A stretch of 64,000 nt of DNA. Origin: Euglena gracilis. Its lineage: Eukaryota. A program made the translations under genes and the position numbers. Within the stretch, counting starts at the first letter, position 1; every line of letters starts with the position of its first letter. This document shows positions 11,901 to 25,100 of the stretch, piece after piece. The DNA is taken from the NCBI GenBank assembly GCA_039621445.1, contig CP154954.1, positions 3,353,715 to 3,417,714 of the forward strand, in the 5' to 3' direction. The notes below the pieces were generated by a model that was not told the DNA's origin, did no database searches, and worked only from the letters and a program-made list of their open reading frames with translations.

Positions 11901-14900
11901 CCAGAACTTAGCGGCCCCTAAGCCACTTTTTTAGCGCGCATCTTCGGGGGGGGGGGGGTTGGAAAATTGTTGCCAGCCCAATGTACGGGCAGGCAGGCAG
12001 GCAGGCAGGCTGGCTGGCTGGCTGGTTGGCTGGTTGGCTGGCTGGACGTGCATCAACCTTTTACAATCCAACTCACTGTCTTGGTGTGCCTGTCCATGCA
12101 GTGCCAAGCCAAATGGGAGCAGCTGCCCGCAAACCAACACTTCTTGCCGGAGCACAACCTGCTTTTTTAATTTTCCCGAAGACGGTGATGCCTAATACAA
12201 TGGTACACAATACGGGAATACCTGAAATACCCAATACAATACTCCCTCATTCAATGACGCCTAATACGATAAAACCCAATACAATTCCACCTAATGAAAT
12301 ACTACCACCTGTCTGACGGGTATTCCCAAACAGGTGATACCTGACGGGACGCCCGCTTCCCAATTCAGTTCCCTCCTCTGTGTTTGACGACACCCAGGTC
12401 AACCATCGCCGGCCCAGTCACCAGAGCTGTAGCCAGTGGCCACCCAATATCGCTGACCAGTCAACAGAACCTCTTGTCCCAGCCAGGGGTGTTCTTATGG
12501 ATCTCGAGGGACGGGGGGCTGTTTTTTTACAAACTCCGGGGGGGAGGGGGTCCGGAGTGCCCTTGAGTGCCTGCCCGGGCACTACCCCCCACCAGGGGGG
12601 TCGGATTCCGGCCTGTGCCCAGGAAATTTCCTTAGAAAATAGGCCATTTTTTTTGAAAATAGGCCTTTTTGAGCCTTCCGGAGCCTTTGGTGCCAGAGTG
12701 CCTGCTAGGCACTTTTGGCCGAGTGCCCTACCCCCCCCCCTGGGGGGGGAGGGTCGGATTTGAAGTGCCTTGGAGTGCCTGCCCAGGCAGGCACCCCCCC
12801 GGGGTGGGGTCGGCACCCGGCTATAATACAGCCTGGTCCTGAACCGAGAATGAAACCTCCCGTCCCAGCACATTCAATGGAAAATGCATGGGAAAAACGA
12901 CTGAAAAAACGGCCATATTTTGGCAAAAACGGGCCGACTTCGGGGAAAGAAAGTCATTTTTGGCACCCTTGGACCATCGCCCATCCACCCAAACTGTCAA
13001 AAAAAAATGTGTTTTTCAGATTTTCATTTTTGACCCCGTTCAAGCCCCAGTTCAGCCGTCCAGAACTGGGGCCCAAGGGCAGTCCTTAATGGGCGGTCCT
13101 TCCCCTTCCTTATGGGCCGTCCTGGATTTTAGGGGTTCGAACCCTTCAGAGGAAACCAATAGGGTGGAAAACTTGGGTTGACTCAAAAAAGCCGCTGCTT
13201 TGCTCCTTTTCCGGCGCTATGCACCGTACATCGCTCATATACAACGGGAGGAATGAGAGGGAGAAAGAAGGTGGTGCAAATGGTTCTGGATAAGAACAGC
13301 CCCTGGCTTCATTTCAGGAATGGCCGTCCAGGACTGGGGACAGGGGAGGTCAGGAGAGAAGGGTGTCTGCAAGCCTGAGCCCTTGGCAGAACAACAACGT
13401 GGATCCACACAAAAAGACACATAAAACATTAGTAACGACAAAAACGAGTTCTTCTCGGGTGGAGAGGGGGGAGAAAAAAAATGATTTTTGTGCTGCTTAA
13501 AATATTTTAGCCGAAAATATCCAGTATTTCATACGCATTTATTATCTCTCATTTATTGTTACATATTATTTACTATTTATATTATGTATTAATATTAAAT
13601 ATATATTTAATATATGTATTTTTGACACAACTTGAAAAAAAATGTGGGAAATTACTGGCACGAGGTGCTGGAGTGACAAAATGGTGTTCATTCAGGAGAG
13701 TTGACATTTTTTAGACTCAGGGCTGCTAAAAGGTGATGGTGATTTATCCACAAAAAAGATACCTTCTTAATGACGTTGCTGTGTGTTCAAAGGCCTGCAA
13801 AACCCTTCCAGACCCTTCCCCTGGCCGGTACCTACCGTAGAGTAGCTGGCAGGCCTGTGCGATGAGCGTGTCGTCGCTCTGCAGGCAGGTCCACAGACGG
13901 TAGGCGGAGACATTGGGCGGGTTCACCAGCGGGTTGATGTAACGCAGGTCCACGTCGCTGTCGCTGAAGTACTTCCCGTGGGAGGCTGCGGGCAGCGGCG
14001 GCTCGACGCCAACGGCCCGGAGTCCCATTTTTTTGCGCGAATGGACGGGCCAGCCCGATGGCCACGAAAGCAGGACTACGGCATACCACGACTTCGGGCG
14101 ACTTTTTGGCAATCTGGGGGTGAGGAAAAGGTTCGACTTCGGCCATGGGTTCTCCATAACAACTCCATCCCCAGGGTTGGTTTTGGGTTCCCTGAAAAGA
14201 GGCACTATCAGGGCTGTGGTGGGGGTGTGCTGGAGCACTACCCAAAACTCCAGGGGGTGGGGGTCGAAAGTGCCAGGGCTGTTTGGGAAAGTCTGGTGGG
14301 GGGTCAACCCCAACTCTGGGAGGTGGGGGGAGGGTCGACCCGCCCCACCACAGCACCTCGCAAAAAAATTTCCTTTGATGCCAAAGGTGCTGAAGAAAAA
14401 TTTTCACCTGAAATCGGCGCCCCTCAAAATCAGGCAAGAGGACGATAGCAACGACTTGGAATTCTACAGTCCAAGGGCACAGCGCTCCTGGGGCCCAGTG
14501 TGCATGAACACAAAGCGCCCAGTAATGAAACGAGGGGACTCCATTGCTCAGTTGTGCCATGGCACACCCATTTTTTTACATTGCAAAAATAAAAACACAT
14601 TGCGCTTTGGGCGCAATACTTCTAATTTTTTGTAATTCTACATATGTGGGTGATCGTTGCCGAACTTCAACAATTATAACAAAATAAACCCCCCACTTAA
14701 TCACCAGGTTTTGAATAGTGCTGAGCTCTTAATGGGGCATGTAATAAAGCCAGAAAAGACTTGCATTGCAAATTTCGTGTAATTTATAACTTGCAAATGA
14801 CATCATTGCAATTTACGGTGACTTGCAGTAATTTTACGAAAAATTTCTGAATGTTAATGAAAGCTTAACCCCCCCCATACCCCAGACACCCGGTTTATTG

Positions 14901-17900
14901 GATCTTTTTCGAACTTTTTGACCTGGTTTTGACCCGAAGTCCATGGGTTTCAGGCCCAAAACGGGGCGCCGGGGCGTAAACGCTCATTTTCGGCTCGAAA
15001 ACAGGTTTTCCGGGTCCGGGAGGCCAAAGAACATCGTTTCGGGCAAATGATGTTTTCGATATTTTTCGACTTTTTTTTTTGACCCGGTTTTGACCCAAAG
15101 TCAATGGGTTTCGGGCCCAAAACGGGACGCTGGCGGGTCGAAAAATGCTCATTTTCGGCTGAAAGACAGGTTTTCCGGGTCCGGGAGGCAAAAAAAAACA
15201 TTGTTTCAGGCAAAAAAAAACGGCGAAGTCAAAACAAGCCAAAAACTGTACAAAATGGCCAAACTTGGCCGAAGAATGGCCGTAACTCGAGCTAGATGGC
15301 GAGTTGCGGGGAAATCAAAATAGTGTTAGATAGGGCGTTCCAAGGGCTTCAAAGCAGGTCTCGGATGTTTCCTTTGATTTTGCTACACTTCCGAGATATT
15401 TTGAAAACATTGATATTTTTTTAAACCCCAAAAACAGCCCCAAATGGCCCTAAAACGGGCCAAAATTGGCCGAAAAATGGCCGTAACTCAAGCTACACGA
15501 AGAGTTGAGGAAAAATAAACCATGGTTGGATTGAGCATTCCAAGGGCTTCATTTTTGCACTCGAACATTTTCTTTGATTTTGCTTCATTGTTGAGATATT
15601 TTAGAAAAAATCAATTTTTGGCCCAAAAACGGCCAAAAAAACACCGCAAAATGGCCGTTTTGGGCCGCAAAAGCACAAGGCCAAGGCGTTTCGGCGGCCA
15701 AAACGGCGAATGGGGGGCGGTAGAGGGTCTCCAGGGGTATATTTCATCAGACATTTCCGAAAATAATGTACGTTTTCTCGAGATATTTTCGATTTTTTGA
15801 CCGATTTTTTGGACCCCGGCGAAATGGCAGAGTCGAAAGAGGGGGGGGGGGCAATCCTACCCAGCTTGGACCCCTTCGCGTGTGAATAACTCGGGCATAC
15901 CCCATTCCTTGGATTTTTTTGGACTGTTTTGACCCAAAAATGGCCCATAATCCATGGGTTTTGGGACAAAAAGGGGGCGCCGGGGGGGGGGGATCGTAAA
16001 ACGCTCATTTTCTTTTGATTTTAGGCTCAAAAAAATTTTCCGGGTCCAGGTGGTCAAAAAACAGAGTTTCAGGCTAAAAAAAAAAGAGTTCTTTTTCGAT
16101 TTTTTGACTTTTTTTTGACCAAAAATGGCCGAAAACGGTCAAAACGAGCCAAAACTGAACAAAACGGCCAAAATTGGCCGGAAAATGGCCGTAGCTCGGG
16201 TTAGGGGAGTTTCGGGGAAATCAAAATACTGTTAGATTGGGCATTTTAAGCGCTTCAATTGACTGGCAAATTATCACCATGATCCTGGATCCGTTCCCGG
16301 AATTTCTTTCAGTCGCCTGCAACTGGATTTTTTGTTTCCGAATCACCTCCGTTTGACCCCCAACTCCCTGTCAGGCCCGAGTTATTCAGCCGTGAAGGGG
16401 GGGTAGGATTGGCCCCCCCTCACTCTGTCGTTTTGCCGGGTCCAAAAATGGGTCAAAAATTCAATCTTCGAAAATATCTCGAGAAAATGTTCATTAACTC
16501 CGGTACTGTCCCGCTGACAAAGTGTATCCCCAGAGGCCCTCTATCGCCCCCCATTCGCCGCTGTGGCCGCCGACACGCCTGGCCCGTGTTCCGGTGCGCT
16601 TTTGTGGCCCAAAACGGCCATTGTGGGGTGTGTTTTGGACCGTTTTTTTTTTGCTCAAAAAATCGATTTTTCCAAGATATCTCGAAATGTCCAGAGAGCA
16701 AAAAGGAAGCCCTTGGAATGCCCAATCCAACCATGCTTTACTTTTTCCCCAACTCTTTGTGTAGCCCGAGTTGTGGCCATTTTTTCGGTCAATTTTGGCC
16801 CGTTTCTGGGACCATTTTGGCATTTTGGGTCGTTTTCAGGGTCAAAAATTGATGTTTTTGAAATATCGCGGAGATGAAGCAAAATCAAAGGAAATGTGCA
16901 GAGACCTAAATTGCAGCCCAGACAATGCCCTATCTAACAGTATTTCGATTTCCACGCAACTCCGCGCCTAGATCGGAATATGGCCGATTTACAGCCCAAC
17001 ACAGCGCGGCAGCCTTGCGATTTAGCGGGGTTCGACCCCCCCTTTTGCTCAGGGGTAAGCTTCGCTCAAGTCAGCGAGTACAGAGGTAGGAGACAGGTCC
17101 CTGTAAGGACAGGCCAACGAGTACAGAGGTTGGAGGACAGTTTCCCAGTGGGTCCGGGTCGGGGGAAAAAAAGTTGACTATTTTGACCTTGGAGAAAAAA
17201 AAGTTTTTTTCTTGAAACTTGTACCCAGACGCGAGGAAAAATGTCTGGAAAGAATTTCCTTCTAACCGTGGAAATTGTCGTTTTTTAAACAGAATAATTC
17301 AAAAAAAATCCTTAGCAGACAGTTCAGTGGGTACAAAGGGAGGAGACAGGTCAGGACAAGACAGCAGGTGAGGGGGTAGAGGGCAGCGGGGAAGGAAGGT
17401 ACAAATGTAGTTTCAAATGAACAGAAGCGCTCCCACCAGTCGGCGAGCAATGGTATTGTCCAGATTCTGATTTCCCGGGGTTTTCTTAAAGACCCGGGGG
17501 GGGGGGGGAGGCCGACTGGAAAAAAGTGCTGGGTTGAAAAAGGTGCTGGCTGGACCCCCCCCCGGGGGGGTCCGGGGGGGTGGTTCGAACCCGTATGGGA
17601 GCTGGACCCGGTGGGCACCCGAAAAATGCCAAAAAAGCCCAGCTGGGTTGGCATTTTTCAGCCAAAAATAGGAGACAAAAACCGAAAAACCACCCAAAAT
17701 GGCCATTTTTGGGCCATCCTTGACTCCATTTCAAAAATTTTCGGCACTTTTTCGGTCCAGTCCGGCGCCAAAAATTTCTTTTTCCAGTCTTTCGGCGCCA
17801 AAATTTTTTCGGTCCAGTCCGGCTTCGCCGGGCTGGACACAATTTTATTTCAGCAGACCCCGATGGGGGGGGGGGTCCGCAGCCCGGAAGGGAGGTGCTG

Positions 17901-18669
17901 GCTGGAAAAAAAGTGCTGGATGGCTGAAACCCCCGCAGGTAGGGTCCCTCGGGCTTAAGAAAACCCTGCTAGTTTCATAGTATCCCTCAGGATGATAAAA
18001 ATGTGTCATCGGTGAATTGACGAATTTACGAAATAGCAACAGAAGTACTCAAGGCACAAACCCCCTTGAACGCCCTTGGATGTCGAATATTGTCGAGGGG
18101 AGTCATTTCAGACCACCAACAAGCAATGGCATAATTCGGATGGCATTAGAGGAAAGCACAGATTACAAATCCTTGCTATCTAACCCCCATATCATCATCA
18201 CACACTCAGAAAAAAATAAAGCCAGCGCTGGGTGCTATCATGTAGCCATTGGGCTGGCGGAAAAAAAGCACAAGCCGGTCTCCTGCAAGTGTCCCCAAGA
18301 GAGCAGGTATCAAGTTATCTTCTGGTGTTACATTTATGTACATATAATATTTATAGGCATAAACATGCACACATACATACATACATACATACATACATAC
18401 ATACATACATACATACATACATACATACATACATACATAGATACATACATACATACATAGATACATACATACATACATACATACATACATACATACATAC
18501 ATACATACATACATACATACATACATACATACATACATACATACATACAGACATACATACAGACACATACATACATACATACATACATACATACATACAT
18601 ACATACATACATACATACATACATACATACATACATACATACATACATACATACATACATACATACATA

Positions 18670-18713
<44 letters not shown>

Positions 18714-18882
18714 TACATACATACATACATACATACATACATACATACAGACATACATACAGACATACATACATACATACAGACATACATACATACATAC
18801 ATACATACATACATACATACATACATACATACATACATACATACATACATACATACATACATACATACATACATACATACAT

Positions 18883-18931
<49 letters not shown>

Positions 18932-18995
18932 TACATACATACATACATACATACATACATACATACATACATACATACATACATACATACATACA

Positions 18996-19027
<32 letters not shown>

Positions 19028-19145
19028 CATACATACATACATACATACATACATACATACATACATACATACATACATACATACATACATACATACATAC
19101 ATACATACATACATACATACATACATACATACATACATACATACA

Positions 19146-19176
<31 letters not shown>

Positions 19177-22100
19177 GTACGTACGTACGTACATACATGC
19201 ATGCATGCATACAACCCCCGCACCACAGAATTTTCGCAAATTTTGGGTTAACGGGGATTTTGGCTGGGGAAATTTTTTAATTTTTTTTGAAAAATGACTG
19301 CATACTGTACATGGTTTTTTAATGGAAAACCACATTTTTTCACAAAAAAGTCTCAACGATTTCAGGGTTAAAAATTGGTAGTTTTTAGGGGGGGGGTGGA
19401 AAAAACAAACGAAGGTCAAAAAAAAGTGCACCAAATTTTGGCACAGTCAAAACTGACATTACTGACATTTCTTCTCTTCGAATTTTTTGGGCTTTTCAAT
19501 GGCACTTTTTTGCTTCAAAAACCTTCAAAATCAAAATTTTGAGAAATCGTTGAATTTTTGGAAGGCGTGAAAAAATGGGGTTTTGGGGGTTTTTTGGGAG
19601 GTCCCAAAATGGGTCAAAAAAAATATTTTGGGAATAAAATTTCGGTCGAAAAAATTGGTCCTCCCGGAAATACGGGAAGAGGTGGTGGGGAGGGGTGGTC
19701 GAACCCCCCACCCACCACCCTGGCTGTTTGGCCGATTCCCGTTCTGCCCTGGGGGCGGGTATCTCCTCTCCTCGCACTCCTGAAGGGGGCACTTGGCCAT
19801 CCGGGAACCCGGCCAGCTCGCTCTGCAGCTGGTCGCTGAGGGTCGCCGCCGCGATGTTGATCGTCAGCAGCATCCACGTCCCGTTCTGGGCTGCGAACTG
19901 GGCTTAGGGGCCGACCCTCAGGGGTATTTTTAGGACCCAAGGCGGGGGGAGGGGATCCGGACCCACCCACCCACCCACCCCGGGGGGGCAGGGCAGAACG
20001 GGAAGGCCTGGTGGGGGGAGGGGTCGACCCGCCCACCCGGGAGGTGGGGGGGGGGGGGCAGGTCACGGGACGTGGGTTCGTGGGAGGTTGGGTCGCCACG
20101 GCCCAACCAACAACGGTGATTTGGTTGGGTCACGGTCGGCCACAGCCAGCCACGGCCGGCCGCAGACCAACCCAAAAAAGTGATTTGTTGGGCCGCGGCC
20201 CAACCAAAATGACAATTTGGTTGGGCGGCAGCCAGTCGCGACCCAACCAACCTCCCACGAAGTTTCCTCCCGTGACATCCCAGCCGGGGTGGGGGGTCGA
20301 CCACCCACTACAGCATTTTCACCAATTTTGGGGAAACGGGGGTTTAAGCCAGGGAAACTTTTTGAATTTTTTTCTGAAAATTGAACCCCGAACACATGGT
20401 TTTTTGATGGAAAACCACATTTTTTCACAACCAAATTTTGGCTCAATCAAATTTTACTGAATTTTGGATTTTCAATGGCATTTTTTTGCTTCAAAAAATA
20501 CTCTCAAAATCAAAATCTTGAGAAAATGTTGAAATTTTGGAAAGTGTGAAAAAATGGGGTTTTGGGGGGTTTTTGAGGCGTCCTACATGGGTCCCAAAAT
20601 GGGTCCAAAGTACACCCGGCGCCAAAGGCGGCGGGGAAAAAAATTTTGGGTCCAAAAAATGGTGCCACCAGAAAAATGGGAAGCGGTGGTGGGGGGGTGG
20701 TTGACCCCAGGCTTGTGCTTACCGACCGGGGGGGTGGTATAGGGTGCCTGCCCCTGGCAGGCACATCCCCCCCCCGGTTCCGGGGGGTTCCGGGGGTTCC
20801 GGTGGGGACCCAGAAAATTTTTATTGAAAATGGCCTTTTCTGTGTCCCCGGCGCCTTTGGCGCCGGGGTCGGAGGGGGTGCCTGCTATGGGCAGTCACCC
20901 CCTCCGACCCCGGCTTGGGTTTTGGGGGGTGCCTGCTATGGGCAGGCACCCCCCAAAACCCAACCCCCCCGAAGGGGGGGTCGGATGGGGTACTATGGGT
21001 GCCTTCCCCTAGCACCCCCCCCCCCTGTGGGGTAGGCGCCCGACTAAGCAAAAGCCTGGTCGACCCCCCCACCCACCACCCTGGCTGTTTGGACGTTTCC
21101 CGTTCTGCCCTGCCGGGGGGGGGGGGTCGAGGACCCGTTCTGGGGGGTCGATTTTGGGTGCCAAAAAATTTTTTTCGCCGCTTTGCTCCGAAAATAGAGC
21201 ACTCCCCGCCCCCAGCAGGGGCCAACCCGGGGGGGCTGGCCCCAAAGAGGGCTCAAAATTGTAAAAGAGCAAAAAAAATGCCCTTTTACATCACTTTTAA
21301 GCACCTTGCATCCTGGTTCCATGAGGGGCCACAAGCCCCGGGGTAACGGATGCCACGGGCCGGCCCCTGTGCTCTGCCGGCGGACCAGTGCCACTTGGCC
21401 CGTCCACTTGTTGAACGCCATCGTCGGCAGCCAGCCGTTCTCCCATTGCGGCAGCTTGGGGCCCGGCGCAACTCTTGGGGGGGAGGGGGAAGGGCGGGTT
21501 GCCACACTGACAACGACTGAGCCCCGGGGGGGGGGGGGGGGGCGTGGGCAGGGAGTTGAGAAATCGAAGACGAGGACGAGCAAATGTGCAACCCAATAAA
21601 TGTGTGAAAATATGTGTAAATGTGTAAATGTGTGAAGGTGTGACCCCAAAAAAAAAACTCTGATGTTTGTTTTGAATTTTCTCCAATTTAACGAACAACA
21701 ATGTGCGGGTATGGATGAGGTTTGAGGCTGGCTGGATCCATGGCCTGGAGGTGTAAAAAATGGATTTGCCACTTTTGCCAAATTTGCCACTTCTGTGGGG
21801 GCTCTCTTGCCATCAACTCCGACAATGCAACTTCCCCACCCGCCACGATTCCTGAGCTGTGGAATATGCTGGGCATCTTGAATATTTTGAGCAGAAAAAA
21901 TTCATTTTCTGACGGCTTGGCCCTCTGTTTAAGATTCTTCAAATCACACACAAATCCCAGGGTCTTCGGGTACTCAAACCCCATCTTAAGCATGAGCATG
22001 GTCAAAAAAATGGGCTTTGAGGGTGGGGCCTGTCGTAGTAGGCAGAGGGAGCGGGTTGAGACGCAATCAAGCGCGTTGGCTTTCCTGTGATCTGGTCCAC

Positions 22101-25100
22101 CTGCGTCACGTTGCTTTGTGGGTCCACACTTTGTCCGCAACCCTAAAAAAATGCATCTGTCAAAACGTGCGGCTTCAATTTTCTTAAATAAAAAAACAAG
22201 GATGGATTTGGAGGAAGGGATGGAAACAGAGATGAAAAGTAATACAACGAACAGGAGTTTCTTCCAAAAGAAAATAATATTTTTATTTCAGGAAACAAAA
22301 CTTCTCTTTTGCTTCTTTCTTCTTTCAGGAACGAAAAGCATTTGTTGCAATAAAAAAAAACAGAGAACGGAACAATTCAGGGCGGCCCCAGCCCAGAACT
22401 GACACCTTTTCATTGGCGGCCATCGCCATTGGGGTGCTGTACACTGTGCGGTTCCCGAAGGTGCTGTTGAGGAAAGTGTTGTAGAACGCCACGAACGTTA
22501 CAAAGAAAGTGGGGATGTAGGAACCAGGGGCAGGGGCAACACGAAACCTTGGACGGGTGACCAGACACATTGCTTTGAGTTGAAAGAAATGCAGCGCGAC
22601 AGAAGACTATCCTCAAAATCCATCAACAATCTGATTTATATGACCACAGGTGAAAAATTTGGCAACGTTTTGCCACGTTACTAATCTAACACCAACCAGA
22701 AAAACACAAAGCCCCCCCCCCGCCAGGTTGAGCTCCCCAAGGGTGCAAATAAGGGCCAGGCGATGAATTTTTGGGGCGGATGTTGCGACTTTTCAAAAAG
22801 AATGATTTTTTATGCCCCGGAAAGTGAAAAAGCCACTACCATGCAGCCACCCGAAGAGTGGCTGGAAATAAATAAACCTAAATAAACAAACAAAGGAAGC
22901 AAAAATCTCAGGGCCGGAAGAAGGCAGCTGGCTGGAAAAAGGCTGCTGGCTGACCCCCAGGGTCAAGTTTTCTTGCCCTGGGGGCAAGAAAACCAAAAAA
23001 AATGGGCCAAAAAAATAGGACAAAAATGCGCGAAAATGGGTCAGATTGAGATTGGAAAAATTTGGGGCCAAAACCCTATTTGTTTTGCACAATTGGCAGT
23101 TTTTTTTGGACATTTTTTTGCGCTTTCAATTTTTTGGTACCTAGTTCGACCGTGGGCCGGCCCCTGCTCCAGCCTGGGACCTCTGGGGGCGCGGGAGGGT
23201 CAGCCAGCAACCTTATTCCAGCCATCCCAAATTTTTCACCCTCTGAGCTGGACCCCCTGGGGCTTGTTAAAAAAAAACACCCTGGTGGCAACTGCAAGCA
23301 GTCACAGTATTTGCATATGTGTTTGCGCACATGTTGTTGCATATGTATTGTGCACACTGTCGGAAACTTTCTTGAATGTTTCTCTGCTCCTGTCATCAGA
23401 TGGATGCAACCAATCAAAATATTATTTCTAATAAAATATGTAATATAAACCCCCCCCAAATATAAAACCCCCCCGGTTTTATAATTGGGCGGAAATTTCA
23501 AGACCCCGAGGGGGGGTTTTATATTTGGGGGGGGGGTTATATTCGGTCGGAAAAATCAACTTCCCGGTGGGCTGAAGTAGACACTTTTTTGGTCTAAAAT
23601 AACAAATACGCCCACCCTTGGGGGTCCAAAAACTTCATTTTTCGGGCGAAGGAGCAATTTTCACATGTTTTGGTAAAAATTGTTCCCAAATCTGCCAAAA
23701 ATGACAATTTTGGGAGAAATTTTGTCGAAAATTTTTCCTTCCGGCGCTTCGCGCCGGAGGGGGGGTTTTATATTTGGGCGGGATTTCAAGGTCCTCAGGG
23801 GGGGTTTTATATTTGGGGGGGGTTTGTATTTGGGGGGGGGGGTTATATTTGGGGGGGGGGTTAGTATTGAACACAGGGCTGGATTGAGGTTTGCAAAAAA
23901 ACCTCAACCTCAATGTCGACAACCTCAACCTCAACCTCAACCTGAAAGTCGCCTCAATGTCCAAAAAAAATGAGAAAATTGAACTCACAAAAAGCATCAA
24001 CTGGACAATCTCTTCTTGAAAACCCTTCCTCAAAGACAAGTTTGGTAAGTTTGTGTCAACGCACAACATATTCGGTTTGGAAACAAGAATAAATGCGTGG
24101 GTTGGTGATTTTAAAACTTGAGATAAATGATGAATTGCTCAATTTTTTGAAAAAATCCAGGTAACTTGCAAAGTTTTTGTTATTGACTCTTTCTCCTTTG
24201 AATTTTGACCAAAAAGTGACATTGAGGTATCATTGAGGTTGGAAAACCTCAACGGATGTGTATTTGGGATTTTTTGTAGAGAGTATTGGGTCGATAGGGA
24301 ACAAGGCTCGTAATTTTGCCTCAAACCCCATCCAATCGTCCCCATATTCCCCTTACTCAGCCCCCTCAGATCACACCATTGGGCCTTTGGGCCTTTAGAG
24401 GAATCTGTTTTGCCAACCCCTTTGGCGTAAACCCCTGATACAAAGTCCTTCAACACCATACATAAACCCGCCCCCATTGAATAACCTGGTCATATACAGT
24501 ATGCAGAAAATTCCTTCAAAAATGCCTGGGGATGTGCTCTTTTCTGCAGGAGAAGACGTCGAAAAGTTTCCACCTTCTCCTTAAAAGGAAAAATGTTTCA
24601 TCGTGCATTTTTTATGTAGATTTTGGGAGCATCCTGGATCGAAACATGTGCCATTTGAGGGCAAAAGCCACAAATGACAAAACTTTAACAAAAAAAAAGG
24701 TCTAGGGGGAAAATCAGGGCCAAAATGCAGAATTTCTCAAAGTCAAAAAAAATTCCAGCAAAAATCAATAAACCAGCGGGGAAAGAACAAAAATCCACAA
24801 ATTTTGGCAATATCAAAAACACAAAAAACAAAATGAGTTTGCATCCCACCCTCGCAATATGACCCGCCAATGAGACCCAGCTTTTATTCTCCAGGTGGTC
24901 AACTTGACTTTGACACCTGAATGCAACTACACCTACCTCACCTTGCACGTCAGAGGGACCATGTGACACCTCCCCAGCAGGAAAATGACAACCTCAAGAT
25001 GGGACAGGTACACATTTGCAAACACCATTCGAAAAATCACCGGTTAAAAGGCGAATTCCACACCTCAAAGAAGAAGATGTGAAAGGTTGTGGAGACGTTC

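Noticed and set aside
18281-18298. Extension of exon 10 (LGTLAG)
   Set aside because: This sequence pairs with the intron 5' end (CAAGTGCCCC), so it is intronic.
18206-19434. Long MYVC/YIHT ORFs
   Set aside because: Translations of the (TACA)n microsatellite; only 18234-18280 is exonic.
21940-22015. Harbinger-like HTH (FLTMLMLKMG) in intron 7
   Set aside because: Too short and no supporting motifs.
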